From the NCBI GenBank assembly GCA_965215265.1, contig OZ244048.1:3328001-3392000 (forward strand): DNA of 64,000 bases, in the 5' to 3' direction. Below, in pieces: positions 18,858 through 29,638 of the stretch (the first letter of the stretch is position 1; each line of letters begins with the position of its first letter). This DNA comes from Candidatus Poribacteria bacterium (GTDB lineage: Bacteria > Poribacteria > WGA-4E > WGA-3G). A program made the position numbers and the translations under genes. The notes under the pieces are model-generated. The model had not been told where the DNA came from and did not search any database. It was given only the letters and a program-made list of their open reading frames with translations.

Positions 18858-19415
18858 GTGGGTGGCAGGTATCAAGGCGAAGTCTACCGAGGCAAGATTG
18901 CGAGCAAACGGCGGTATTTCTATGGGCTCAAAGTCCATCTGATGGTGTCTGAATCAGGTGCCATCGTTGAAGCCTTCTTCACCCCGGGGAGCAGGAACGC
19001 TGTGCTTGGCATGCGGTGTTATCGGTTTTATCTGCCTGCGGGTTCCGTGATGGACACCGATAAAGCGTATTGCAACTATGCCATTGAAGATGCCTTGCGG
19101 GATATAGAGATTATGTTCAAACCCGGACGGAAGAAGAATGCTAAACGGCAGTATCCGCCGCCTGAAGTCTATCTACACCAGTCTTACAGAAAACGCGTTG
19201 AAGTGACAAAGAGGCTTGTTGAAAAACTCTTACCGAAGTCTATCCACGCGGTGACGGCTCACGGATTTGAGTTGAAACTTCGTTTATTTCTCATCGCCAC
19301 AAATATAAAAATGCGATTTGAAGATTTGTGGCAACTTAGGTTAAAAAAATGTAAACACTACCTAGGAAAAAGCGAAAAAGGTTGGCAATGTAACTCGGAA
19401 ATTAGATATAATTGA
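18858..19415 (+). mobile_element. IS982-family transposase remnant (N-terminus missing)
   Basis: ASKRRYFYGLKVHL, DKAY, RKRVE, PKSIHAVT..GFELK; possible right end near 19328-19342. Confidence 0.8.
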
Positions 19416-19449
19416 GAGGGCATCAAAACACCTAATTGAGGAAGCGAAG

Positions 19450-20955
19450 ATGTTAACAATATTAATCCGTCGTGAACTGCTAGACTATCTAATGACGTTC
19501 CGCTTCGCTGCAGCGGTTTTCATTATGCTGTTGCTTGTGGTGACAAATACCGCTGTGCTGATTACGGACTATGAGGAACGTTTAGCAGGATACAACGATG
19601 CTGTTAAAATGCATCAACGCCAACTCCAAGAGACAAAAACCTATTCGGCAGGTGAGGTGTACGTTGACCGGCCGCCGAACCCGTTAAGCATTTTCAATGT
19701 CGGATTCGACAAGCGCCTCGGAAACGAGATAAGGGTATCGTACAGATATGTGCCATCTTTGTGGGATTCCAATATACATGAGTCGGATAATCCGTTTATG
19801 GATATGTTCGCCTCAATGGATATTGTCTTTATCTTTAAGGTAATCCTTAGTTTATTGGCCCTCATTTTCGCCTACGATGCCCTTGTAGGGGAGTCCGAGC
19901 GCGGGACGTTACGTTTAGTCTTAACGCATCCGGTGAGTCGCGGGCATCTCTTGCTTGCCAAATACATTAGCGCCATGGTCTGTTTACTCGTGCCGTTGTT
20001 AATGAGTTTGCTTCTTGCAGTCATCTTACTGATGACTTCTACCTCTATCTCTCTGAGTACCGGTGATTTTCTACGCATCTGTGGTATTATCTTTACATCC
20101 GTTGCCTATCTATCCGTATTCTACCTCATCGGTTTGTTGATTTCGGCATCGACACGCAGAATGAGGACTGCGCTAATGTTGTCCATGTTCGTTTGGGGGT
20201 TTTTGGTGCTTATCTATCCAAATATGATTCTTGCTGTGCTCCCACATTCGGATTCTCCGCAGGAACGTAGGACATCCACCTTCAACCAAATTGAACAGAT
20301 TTGGGAAGGATTCGATAGAGAGCGGAAACATTTCCTTGCTACTGATGCTTTCCCAGGTGAGGATTGGGGTTTTGAGTTAAGAGGTTCGGGAACCCGCGGT
20401 GCTTACTTTTGGGATAACCCTTCGACGCTACGGTACACCTATAGAAGTGTTCTGGAGTTTGAAGAACTTGGTCAGGAAGATGAACATAAGATACCTCACG
20501 CGCAGCATCATTTCCGTTTCTTGGGATCCCAGATTATTGGTACAGCAAACCAAACGTGGCTCCTCCGAAAGCCTGCCTTGGAAGACATCTACATTCAACC
20601 TGCAAATATGGAGAGAACCTGGTTGAAACTCTCGCCGGTCGAGCTCTATGATGCTACAACACAAATGTGGGCAGGTACGGACTTGCTTGGTATTAGAGAT
20701 TTTTTCGATGCTGTAAGACTTTACAGACAGCAGGTGATTGGCTATCTCTATAATAAAGATGCATTCGGATCTCGAGCGTGGTTTTCTGCAGATAAGGGGG
20801 CGGCGGATTGGAGTATGCTCCCACAACTTTCTTTCTCGAGAAGTGACGTGGCGGTAAACATGAAGCGAGCTCTCCCGAATCTCTGTCTACTCCTGTTAAC
20901 TAACCTAATTCTGTTCATGCTGATATTTCTGATTTTCATCAAAAGTGATGTGTAG
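19450..20955 (+). CDS. ABC-2 type transporter permease
   Basis: LIRREL, LSLLALIFAYDALVGESERGTLRLVLTHPVSR..LLLAK; large extracytoplasmic loops. Confidence 0.88.
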   Translation: MLTILIRRELLDYLMTFRFAAAVFIMLLLVVTNTAVLITDYEERLAGYNDAVKMHQRQLQETKTYSAGEVYVDRPPNPLSIFNVGFDKRLGNEIRVSYRYVPSLWDSNIHESDNPFMDMFASMDIVFIFKVILSLLALIFAYDALVGESERGTLRLVLTHPVSRGHLLLAKYISAMVCLLVPLLMSLLLAVILLMTSTSISLSTGDFLRICGIIFTSVAYLSVFYLIGLLISASTRRMRTALMLSMFVWGFLVLIYPNMILAVLPHSDSPQERRTSTFNQIEQIWEGFDRERKHFLATDAFPGEDWGFELRGSGTRGAYFWDNPSTLRYTYRSVLEFEELGQEDEHKIPHAQHHFRFLGSQIIGTANQTWLLRKPALEDIYIQPANMERTWLKLSPVELYDATTQMWAGTDLLGIRDFFDAVRLYRQQVIGYLYNKDAFGSRAWFSADKGAADWSMLPQLSFSRSDVAVNMKRALPNLCLLLLTNLILFMLIFLIFIKSDV

Positions 20956-21119
20956 AAGAGTCGTCTGCCATTAATTGTCGGTTGTCAGTTGAAGAGTCGG
21001 AACCTGCTAGTTGATAAATGTGTTCCATGAATGCAAGCGCAACCGACGTGGACTGAATCTACGTCAGAAATTGTTCTTTCCACAGATGTGGAAAAAGAAC
21101 CTCAAGGAACTATAAAATA

Positions 21120-22532
21120 ATGACATGGCATCTTGCAAAACGTGAACTCTACGATAATCTGAATAGTCTGCGATTTGCACTTGCAACGGTCTTGCTACTT
21201 GCGTTGATGGTCACCAATGCGCTCGTGCATCTCCGAGAACACCCGGAACGGATCCAGAATTATCGCAATTCGGTTACCGAGCAGCTGAATCGCCTGAAGT
21301 CTCACGCCGGGGACAGTCTATATGAACTCGCTCAAAAAGGCCCTGGAGAGCTGCCCAAAAAGCCTGCGCCTCTTCGTTTCTGTGCAGAAGGCGGCGAGGC
21401 GTTTTTGTCAGATTACGTAGACGGGGGCTACCACCGGTGGGGTACCGATACGCTAGAAAGCTTCTGGATATTGATATATCCATCGGTCAAACCAAATTTA
21501 AACAATGTCCGTCCAGCCGTTACTAAACTGGATTGGGGGTTCATCATCGGTTATGTTTTGAGTTTCATTGCGCTTATCTTTACCTTCGATTCTATTTCTG
21601 GTGAACGCGAGCAAGGCACCCTGCGTTTGATGTTGGCGAATTCGATTCCGCGCCACACTGTTCTGATTGGCAAGTTTTTGGGAGCATTTATAAGCCTTAG
21701 CATCCCGTTCACGTTAGCCGTATTGATGAACCTTTTGGTGATTTCCACCTCAAGCGATGTACATCTGGATACCGATGCCTATAGTCGTCTAGGGATTATC
21801 TGCGGAATAGCGTTTCTCTACATCTGTCTCTTTCTGGCGTTGGGGTTGTTTGTCTCTGTGCTTGTGCAACGAAGTGCTGTGAGCCTGGTAATTCTGTTGT
21901 TGGCGTGGGTTGTCTTTGTGGTGTTTATGCCGAATACTCTCGCCTCCATTGCGGGCGAAACCTCATCGCCCGGGGGCACTCACGGATTTTTTGAACGTTC
22001 TTGGGAACTCCATGCGGAACTTACGCGTGAATACGACACGCATCTTTACAATTCAAACAAGAATCGGATCCAAAAGTTGCAGGCAGCAGCTGAGTATGTC
22101 ACCAAAGATGCTGAACAGCAGGAAAGCTTGCATGAAGAACGCTTAAAACGGCGGCTTTCCCAAGTGAATCGAGCACGGACTATAACCCGTCTTTCGCCTG
22201 TCACGATTTTTCAGCATCTGCTTGAGTCGTTTGCGGGAACGGGCTTCGAGCGGCATCTGCAGTTCTTAGAAAATGTTAGATCTTACGCTAGGCAATTCCG
22301 GGAATTCATGATTGACGCGGACAGAGCCGATCCAGAGAGTCTCCATATCTTTGGTGTCCGTGAGGGTATGTCGCACAAGCCGATTAGCTTAGGGGCAGTC
22401 CCAAAATTTGAAGATACACTGAGTCTTAGCAAGGATTTCAATGCGGCGGCAGTGGATCTGTTTCTGTTATCGCTGTTCGTCATAGTCCTTCTATCTGGGG
22501 CGTATCTTGCATTTGTGCGAGTTGAGATTTGA
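21120..22532 (+). CDS. ABC-2 type transporter permease (paralogue)
   Basis: LAKREL, FDSISGEREQGTLRLMLANSIPR..VLIGKF. Confidence 0.88.
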   Translation: MTWHLAKRELYDNLNSLRFALATVLLLALMVTNALVHLREHPERIQNYRNSVTEQLNRLKSHAGDSLYELAQKGPGELPKKPAPLRFCAEGGEAFLSDYVDGGYHRWGTDTLESFWILIYPSVKPNLNNVRPAVTKLDWGFIIGYVLSFIALIFTFDSISGEREQGTLRLMLANSIPRHTVLIGKFLGAFISLSIPFTLAVLMNLLVISTSSDVHLDTDAYSRLGIICGIAFLYICLFLALGLFVSVLVQRSAVSLVILLLAWVVFVVFMPNTLASIAGETSSPGGTHGFFERSWELHAELTREYDTHLYNSNKNRIQKLQAAAEYVTKDAEQQESLHEERLKRRLSQVNRARTITRLSPVTIFQHLLESFAGTGFERHLQFLENVRSYARQFREFMIDADRADPESLHIFGVREGMSHKPISLGAVPKFEDTLSLSKDFNAAAVDLFLLSLFVIVLLSGAYLAFVRVEI

Positions 22533-22568
22533 AGTCGCTAGGGCTGGAGCCAATTCCCAAATCTTAAA

Positions 22569-22619
22569 AAGGCGGTATTGGTGGTGCTTCTAAGTAGAAG
22601 CTGCAACCAATACCGCCTT
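22569..22619. terminator. Hairpin between convergent genes (probably bidirectional terminator)
   Basis: AAGGCGGTATTGGT / ACCAATACCGCCTT 14-bp IR. Confidence 0.75.
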
Positions 22620-22652
22620 AGCAAAGTCAACTTTGGGTTTATAGACTAATTT

Positions 22653-25442
22653 TTAGAACCTATAAGAGAGTTTAGCGTAGTAAAGTCCGCCGTTAAAACC
22701 GAAAGGCGCGGAGCGTCTCGAATAGGTGAAGACACCGGGTGAGTCAACGATGACGTTCCCACTACTATCTGTTAAGGTTCCACCGCGTGACTGCCCAATT
22801 TCATTAGCGTCTGGGAGCTGGTCAAGCAGGTTATTGACACCAATAGTCAATGAGAGTCCTTCATTAAGTTGGTAATTGCTTTGGATATCAGTGAGCCATT
22901 TCCCGTCGTATGTTTGCCGTGCAGGATCGTCGCCGCTTCCCTCTTGGACAGTATAACTGCCGAAGTAACGGAGTGCGCCACCAACTGTAAGATTACCGAT
23001 AATATAATCCGCACTGAGGTTAATTCGAGTATTGGGCTGCCATTCCTCAATCATGGATCGTTCTTGTGAAGGGAAGAGCGTGTTTTCAAAACCGATGAGT
23101 ATTTCGGGTGCATCTACTTCGCCGGTAACTTCGGTGTCTGCCCAGGTTGCTGCAATTTTGAGATTGAGCAAGCTTTCGTTATCAAAGGCGAAGAGGTAGC
23201 CTGCGGCAATATCCACGCCCTGCGTCCGTGTTTGGGCCACGTTCGTAAAAACTTGTGCTTCCTTGGCACCTGCGTCTGCTAAGCCCGGTACGTTGTCTGC
23301 ACTGAAACGACCGCTTAGGACAATGCGGTCATCAATTTGAATCAGGAATCCGTCCACGGTTACCCAAAGGTTCTGTAGCGGTTTCAAGACGAGTCCACTG
23401 GAAACGTTGAAAGCGGTTTCCTCTTTGAGTTCTGGGATGCCGAGGGCCCGTGCTGCATCGCTATCGTTGCGGAACGTTCCGACTTCGAAAGCGAGCAGTT
23501 CTGTCGTATCTCCGTCCCCATCGACATCAGCAGCGTCTACGTTGAATTGCGTGCTAATATTATTGAAATAGAGTTGTTGAAGTGAGGGTGCTCGAAACCC
23601 AGTACTTCCAGCGGCGCGGACAGCCAACTGCTTCGTTATGTCATATCGGGCAGTTGCTTTGCCAGTGACGGTACTTCCGAAGTCACTATACTGTTCTCCA
23701 CGGACCGCGGCTCCCACTGCAATACCACTTCCAGGTATGCCGCTGAGATATGATTCAAAATCGGCGTATCCGGCGAGATTGGTACGGCTTTCATCTACTT
23801 CATTGTCTGGCCGGAAACCGGGGAAAACTTGGATGCCTCCTGAGGCACCGTCCACCCCTAACCCAGCGTTAATCCATGAAAGCGGTTCACCGGCATCAAT
23901 ACCGTAGCCTTCACGCCGAAATTCGACCCCACCTGCTAAATTAATGAGGGAAGACTGGTAGCTGAGTGGATAGGCAATATCCAGGTTGAACGCGGTCTGA
24001 GAGAGGGCGAATCCTCCAGCATCAGCTGAAGTTGGACTGCTGCTACCATAAGAGGCGTTTAATGAGTTAGAGATAAAAAAGTCAAATGTATTCAATCCGT
24101 GGTTCAGACTGACATCAATGTTCAAATCCGTTGCTTCGTGTGTCCATGCCATCCCTAAAGCGAGGGCGACATCTTCAATATCGGTGTTAATTTCTGGTAA
24201 GAATCCGTCTGGATATATTTCTGTGACAGTGCGCTCGGTTTGATTTGCTCTGCGATAGAATCCGGCACTATTATTTTGGCGCGTCGAGTACCCACCAAAT
24301 GAGTAAATTTCAAGTCCTTCTACCAAAGGCAGCCCGAAATTGTAAAATCCAACCTTTTGGGCTGAATCCGAATCACCGATGCGGAAATTTTGCCGTTCAA
24401 AGGTATATTCGCGGGAGTCGAACCACATGGGTTTGGCTGTGACAGTGCCATCATCATTTTCTATTTCAAGGATGTGATCTGCGGGCCTGCCGGGATCTGT
24501 TTCTACCCAGTTGTACTGACGTGTGCCGGTAAGGCCTGCGCGGTTAGTGCGATAGCGGTCACGCCATTCTGCGGTAAGGTTCAGGAAGCCATTGTCCGCT
24601 ACCTTCATGCCATAATTGGCATTTCCGATCCAGGTATCCCCATCGCCTTCGTAGGTTTGCCCCCAATACACGCTTGCATCCCCTGTTTCTACGCTGTTTT
24701 TTAGAACAATGTTAATCACACCGGCGATAGCATCTGAGCCGTATTGCGCTGCCGCCCCATCGCGGAGTACCTCAATTCGTTCTATTGCGGATGCTGGAAT
24801 GGCGTTGAAGTCTGTTCCTGCCGTGCCACGGCCTACAGACGTATTTACGTGGAGCAACGCGCTTTTATGGCGACGCTTGCCGTTGACAAGGACTAACGTC
24901 TGATCAGGACCTAAGCCTCGCAACGTACCCGGACGCAAAGCATCCGTTCCATCGCTGATTGTTGAACTAGAAAAATTAAAGGAGGGGACTAACATCTGTA
25001 AGGTTCTGCCTGTTTCCGATTGCCCGGTAAGGCTCAGCTGCTTACGATTCACCACATCAATCGGGACAGGTGCCTGCAAAGCACGCCGTCCTATACTACG
25101 TGTACCTACTACTACTACAGATTCGACCGTTTGAATTGGCGTAAGCGTGACTGTTAGCTCAGTTTGCCCGAAGCCAACGTTAAACCTTTCGCTGGAAAAC
25201 CCATCTGCCGTGACGAGCGCGGTCTGCGCACCTATTACATCGCCGAATGTGACAGTTCCGGCCTCGTCTGTCGTTTGTTCCTCAGAACCTACTGTGACCT
25301 TTGCTGCTGGGATGGCGTTACCATCCTGATTTTGAACAACTACCTTGAGCGCTGCTGAATTCGCAGTTAAGGGGAACGCTATTACAAGTCCTGCTAATAA
25401 AGCGACAATGCACCAAGGCAATTTGTTATCTGATTCTAACAT
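22653..25442 (-). CDS. TonB-dependent receptor with N-terminal carboxypeptidase-regulatory-like domain
   Basis: VVVVGTR, LRGLGPDQTLVLVNGKR, IERIEVLRDGAAAQYGSDAIAGVINI plug; C-terminal YAKLSYRF. Confidence 0.95.
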   Translation of the reverse strand: MLESDNKLPWCIVALLAGLVIAFPLTANSAALKVVVQNQDGNAIPAAKVTVGSEEQTTDEAGTVTFGDVIGAQTALVTADGFSSERFNVGFGQTELTVTLTPIQTVESVVVVGTRSIGRRALQAPVPIDVVNRKQLSLTGQSETGRTLQMLVPSFNFSSSTISDGTDALRPGTLRGLGPDQTLVLVNGKRRHKSALLHVNTSVGRGTAGTDFNAIPASAIERIEVLRDGAAAQYGSDAIAGVINIVLKNSVETGDASVYWGQTYEGDGDTWIGNANYGMKVADNGFLNLTAEWRDRYRTNRAGLTGTRQYNWVETDPGRPADHILEIENDDGTVTAKPMWFDSREYTFERQNFRIGDSDSAQKVGFYNFGLPLVEGLEIYSFGGYSTRQNNSAGFYRRANQTERTVTEIYPDGFLPEINTDIEDVALALGMAWTHEATDLNIDVSLNHGLNTFDFFISNSLNASYGSSSPTSADAGGFALSQTAFNLDIAYPLSYQSSLINLAGGVEFRREGYGIDAGEPLSWINAGLGVDGASGGIQVFPGFRPDNEVDESRTNLAGYADFESYLSGIPGSGIAVGAAVRGEQYSDFGSTVTGKATARYDITKQLAVRAAGSTGFRAPSLQQLYFNNISTQFNVDAADVDGDGDTTELLAFEVGTFRNDSDAARALGIPELKEETAFNVSSGLVLKPLQNLWVTVDGFLIQIDDRIVLSGRFSADNVPGLADAGAKEAQVFTNVAQTRTQGVDIAAGYLFAFDNESLLNLKIAATWADTEVTGEVDAPEILIGFENTLFPSQERSMIEEWQPNTRINLSADYIIGNLTVGGALRYFGSYTVQEGSGDDPARQTYDGKWLTDIQSNYQLNEGLSLTIGVNNLLDQLPDANEIGQSRGGTLTDSSGNVIVDSPGVFTYSRRSAPFGFNGGLYYAKLSYRF

Positions 25443-25604
25443 GACTTTACCTCCATGTTACTTAGAATTAGAGATTTTTCTGGGATTAATCCTTGATTTC
25501 GAATTGATCTTCCACAAGGACTCTTTTTTTACACATAAAACCTAATTTAACCTGAGTTACTCGACCTGTATGAAATTTCGCGAAACCTCAAGGCTATTCT
25601 ATGA

Positions 25605-25633
25605 AGTATACCACAAAATTTTACATTTGTCAA
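25605..25633 (-). promoter_or_regulatory. Sigma70 promoter of the TonB-dependent receptor
   Basis: TTGACA-17 nt-TATACT with TG. Confidence 0.75.
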
Positions 25634-25973
25634 GAGAAACTGAACGAGATATGTGTCATCGTCAACCGCACCGTCATCGCAAGGCATGCGAACCCAACGT
25701 AAGAAAGCAGTCTGCAGATCGTTGGCAATAAATATGGATTAAAAACACTCAACAGTGATATAATTTCGAACATGGACAAATATCGTTTCTGAGTTGAGTT
25801 CTTTCACCGATAACTTTAGGATATTTTGCTATTTATCCAACTTTTTTTGCCGAAGGTATTAGCGCTATGAGATAGGTTTTTAAAAGAGTTATGAAAAACT
25901 CGTAGGTGGGTTTGATATACAAAAAAGTGATTTTGCTGATTTCGTTGACCTCTTTTTGATGATTTTGATTAAT

Positions 25974-27611
25974 ATGCACGGACTCATGATGGACTATCCA
26001 TTGACACTCGCGTTGATTTTAGAACATGCACACCGCATCCATGGAGATAAGCGGGTTAGCACACTGTGTCCGGATGGCAAGATGCATAGTTATAGTTACT
26101 CGGAATTTCATCGGCGTGTCAAGCGGTTGGCAAATGTCATCACTGAATTTGGCGTACAGTCCGGCGACAGGATTGCCACGTTTGCCTCCAACACGTATCA
26201 ACACTTAGAGCTCTATTACGCTATTCCGTGCATCGGCGGGATTCTCCATCCGCTCAATGTAAGACTTTCTGCTACGCAACTTACTGAGATTTTGAACGAG
26301 GCAGAAGATAGGCTTATCTTCGCGGATGGGACATTCGCACCGCAGTTTTCAGAGCTGTGGCAGTTGCGCCAAATGGATTGTGCAGTTTTTAATTCGCCTA
26401 AAGAGGGAATGGTTTCGAATCGACCTCAAATGTATCCGTTTCACGATTATGAACAGTTGCTTTCTGAAGCAGACGAGAGATATGCATGGGATATTCCGGA
26501 CGAAAATTGGGCGATGGGGCTTTGCTATACGAGCGGAACATGCGGTGAACCTAGGGGAGTCCTCTATACACATCGCTCCATGTTTCTTCACACGATGGCT
26601 GTTAATCAAGCAGATGTGTTCGGAATAACGGAGGCAGATGTAGTCATGCCGTTCGTCCCGATGTTTCATGCGATGGCATGGGGCTTGCCTTATGCCGCGA
26701 TGTTTACAGGTGCAGATATGGTGCTACCGGCAGCCGCTAAACCGACACAAATTCCTGACCTCATTGCCGAAACAGGCATCACTATTGCTGCCGGTGTCCC
26801 CACAGTTTGGGCGCAAGCGTATCCGGAATTACGAAAGCGTAGAGCAAATGGTTGTTCACTACGGCAAATTATCGTTGGCGGAGAAGCAATGCCACCGACA
26901 CTCATTGAAGCTTATGAAAAGGAGCTCGATGTTGAAGTGCGCCATGCTTGGGGGATGACAGAGATGTCCCCAACGGGCACGGTCTCAAAGCTGCGATGCG
27001 CGCACAGTAACCTCTCTGATACGGGAAAATGGAAGTTAAAAGCGATGCAGGGAAGACCTATCCCAGGTGTTGAAATACGACTTTCTGGTATGGGTGCAGA
27101 CCTGACAACTTCTGATGCGGAATTGCCTTGGGACGGGAAGACGGTGGGTGAATTACAGGTGAGAAGTCCGTGGACAGCCAGCCGATACTACAAAATTGAA
27201 CCGACTTTGGAACATTTCACCACAGAAGGTTGGCTCCGCACGGGAGATATCGCTACTATCACTGTTGAAGGCTATGTACAGATTGTTGATAGGGCAAAAG
27301 CGATTATCCGGAGCGGTGGAGAATCAATCTCTAGTATCGCACTTGAAACTGTCCTGATAGCACACCCGCAAGTGCTTGATGCTGCGGTTATCGGGGTACC
27401 TGACAAAAAGTGGGGAGAACGTCCTGTTGCGCTTGTCGTCTCAAAAGCGGAGGGTATCTCCGAGTCCATGTTGAAAAGGCACCTTGCTCTGCAGTTTCCG
27501 AAATTTTGGATTCCTGATAAGTTTATACTTGTTGATGAAATTCCTAAGACCGGTGTTGGAAAATCTGACAAAAAGGCGATTCGGCAACAGATGCTAACAT
27601 CCGATTCTTAA
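25974..27611 (+). CDS. Acyl-CoA synthetase (AlkK/DmdB-like fatty acid-CoA ligase)
   Basis: MHGLMMDYPL, YTSGT.GEPRG, PMFHA.AWG, WGMTE, GWLRTGD, KWGERP, PKTGVGK. Confidence 0.92.
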   Translation: MHGLMMDYPLTLALILEHAHRIHGDKRVSTLCPDGKMHSYSYSEFHRRVKRLANVITEFGVQSGDRIATFASNTYQHLELYYAIPCIGGILHPLNVRLSATQLTEILNEAEDRLIFADGTFAPQFSELWQLRQMDCAVFNSPKEGMVSNRPQMYPFHDYEQLLSEADERYAWDIPDENWAMGLCYTSGTCGEPRGVLYTHRSMFLHTMAVNQADVFGITEADVVMPFVPMFHAMAWGLPYAAMFTGADMVLPAAAKPTQIPDLIAETGITIAAGVPTVWAQAYPELRKRRANGCSLRQIIVGGEAMPPTLIEAYEKELDVEVRHAWGMTEMSPTGTVSKLRCAHSNLSDTGKWKLKAMQGRPIPGVEIRLSGMGADLTTSDAELPWDGKTVGELQVRSPWTASRYYKIEPTLEHFTTEGWLRTGDIATITVEGYVQIVDRAKAIIRSGGESISSIALETVLIAHPQVLDAAVIGVPDKKWGERPVALVVSKAEGISESMLKRHLALQFPKFWIPDKFILVDEIPKTGVGKSDKKAIRQQMLTSDS

Positions 27612-27766
27612 GGTGGCTCTGTTCCCGGACGATACAAAAAGTATCTGTCGGCCCTCCTATATCTGATAGGAATGGCGAACTAATACCGTTGATTGGAAGA
27701 TAGCCCAAGTACTTTCAGTTGAATGCACCTCATGGCTTCCTCAGAAAAAAAGAAGGAGATACGGAC

Positions 27767-28801
27767 ATGAAGATGAAAGCGGCCATCTACACAGGCATTG
27801 AACAAATTGCAATACAAGCGGTTGAGCGGAACGAACCGCCTCCTGGCTACGTCCTGATTGATACGAAGCGGACCGGCATCTGTGGCAGTGATTTGCACAG
27901 TTACTTCGGGAATTGGGGACAATCGCATGAAAACGCAGCTGGGCATGAAACGTGCGGACTCGTGACTCAGTTAGGCGATGGTGTTACCGGTTTTGAAATC
28001 GGTGATAAAGTCGCAATCGAGTGTTTTTCGCACTGCGGTACTTGCAAGTACTGCGAAACTGGACAATATAACCTCTGCCTGAGTCGAGCTTGGATATCAC
28101 CGAATATGCATGGTGGTTTTGCTGAGTACACGGCAGTGCATCAGTCTGGACTGTTTAAATTGCCAGAGAGCATGACGTTTGAGGAAGGCGCACTTGTTGA
28201 GCCGCTTGCTGTTTCTCACCGTGCCGTGGCTCGTTCCGGTGCCAACGCCCGGGACAGCATCGCGATTATCGGTGGTGGCACGATAGGGCAATTTTGCTTA
28301 GCAGATGCTGTCGCTGCAGGTATTAAGGAGACGTTAATTACCGTCAAATATAAACAGCAGGCGGAAGTTGCCGAATCCCTCGGTGCAGACCATGTCGTTA
28401 ACGTCGAGGACACGGACGTGACGGAATACGCCAAGGACATTACAAACGGTGGAGGTTTTGATGCAGTTATTGAAACAGTAGGGGGTGCAGAAAATTTCAA
28501 CACTGCAGCAACTATTGTTCGCAAGCAAGGCACCGTCGTCCTCGTTGCCGGATATTACAAACCGCTTGAGGTGAACCTTTCCACCATTGTCTGGTCTGAG
28601 GCGCGTATCACCGGCTCTAACTGCTACGGCTATAGTGGGATGGAAACCGATTTTGAAGCTGCAATTGAACTCATCGGGTCTGGGCTCGTCGATGCGACAA
28701 AATTAGTGACGCACCGTTATCCTTTTGATGAAATTGAGGGTGCCTTTCGTGCTGCGGCAGACAAAACCTCAGGTGCAGTTAAGGTTCAAGTCTGTCAGTA
28801 G
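27767..28801 (+). CDS. Zn-dependent alcohol/sugar dehydrogenase (MDR)
   Basis: GICGSD, GHE, C..C..C structural Zn, EPLA, GGGTIG; AAGGAG RBS. Confidence 0.92.
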   Translation: MKMKAAIYTGIEQIAIQAVERNEPPPGYVLIDTKRTGICGSDLHSYFGNWGQSHENAAGHETCGLVTQLGDGVTGFEIGDKVAIECFSHCGTCKYCETGQYNLCLSRAWISPNMHGGFAEYTAVHQSGLFKLPESMTFEEGALVEPLAVSHRAVARSGANARDSIAIIGGGTIGQFCLADAVAAGIKETLITVKYKQQAEVAESLGADHVVNVEDTDVTEYAKDITNGGGFDAVIETVGGAENFNTAATIVRKQGTVVLVAGYYKPLEVNLSTIVWSEARITGSNCYGYSGMETDFEAAIELIGSGLVDATKLVTHRYPFDEIEGAFRAAADKTSGAVKVQVCQ

Positions 28802-28834
28802 TGTTTTATTTTGTGGATGAAGGAGGAAACTAAC

Positions 28835-29557
28835 ATGTCGTTGTGCGAAGCAGAAATGACGCAATTCTGGAGGCAGGGTTACCTCGGTCCCTACGCGGTC
28901 TGTAGTCCAGAAGAGATGTGGCGCATGCAGCCAGAAATTGAGAAAGTGCTTGAAACCGATCCGCCGGATCACAAAGATAGGGTGCATAACCGTCATCTCG
29001 ATTTTCCGATAATCTATGATCTCGCCACACATCCTACTATTGTGAATAAAATGGCATCCATCTATGGACCGGACCTCTTACTGTGGCGTACGAACTTCTT
29101 TGTAAAGGAACCAGGAGCGAAGGAAATTCCGTGGCATCAAGATTTTAACTACTGGCCGCTGGAACCTCCGATTATCATTTCGGCTTGGCTCGCGATTGAC
29201 GAAACAACATTGGAGAACAGTTGCCTCCAATTCATCCCGGGTTCTCATCGAAAAGTAGTGCCACATGTAAAAGCCACATCGGACATGGCATTCAATCAGA
29301 TGGGCGACATGCATTTTATTAACACGGACAATATTGTCAATTTAGAGATGCGGCCCGGCGAATTTGTGCTTTTTAACGAGCGGACCCTACACCATTCAGA
29401 TGCGAATCGTTCTGACAAACGTCGTATCGGCTTGGCTATCCGCGTGATTGTTCCGATTGTCAAAGTCTTTGATTGGGACTCGCCGCTTCACGAGTTGATT
29501 GTCATCCATGGCGAAGATCCGCTTCAATTCAACAAAAGGCAGTCTACAGCATCCTGA
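28835..29557 (+). CDS. PhyH family dioxygenase
   Basis: PWHQD, WLAID, PGSH, TLHHS.AN.S..RR; AGGAGG RBS. Confidence 0.92.
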   Translation: MSLCEAEMTQFWRQGYLGPYAVCSPEEMWRMQPEIEKVLETDPPDHKDRVHNRHLDFPIIYDLATHPTIVNKMASIYGPDLLLWRTNFFVKEPGAKEIPWHQDFNYWPLEPPIIISAWLAIDETTLENSCLQFIPGSHRKVVPHVKATSDMAFNQMGDMHFINTDNIVNLEMRPGEFVLFNERTLHHSDANRSDKRRIGLAIRVIVPIVKVFDWDSPLHELIVIHGEDPLQFNKRQSTAS

Positions 29558-29638
29558 TTTGAACGACAACTCAAGTTGTAAAAGGTAGCATTGCGTGAAA
29601 ATTCACGTCTGCAAACGATAAGGAGATAGAAATTAGCA

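Noticed and set aside
25443-25600. Cobalamin/TPP riboswitch or Fur box before the TonB-dependent receptor
   Set aside because: No consensus motifs recognised
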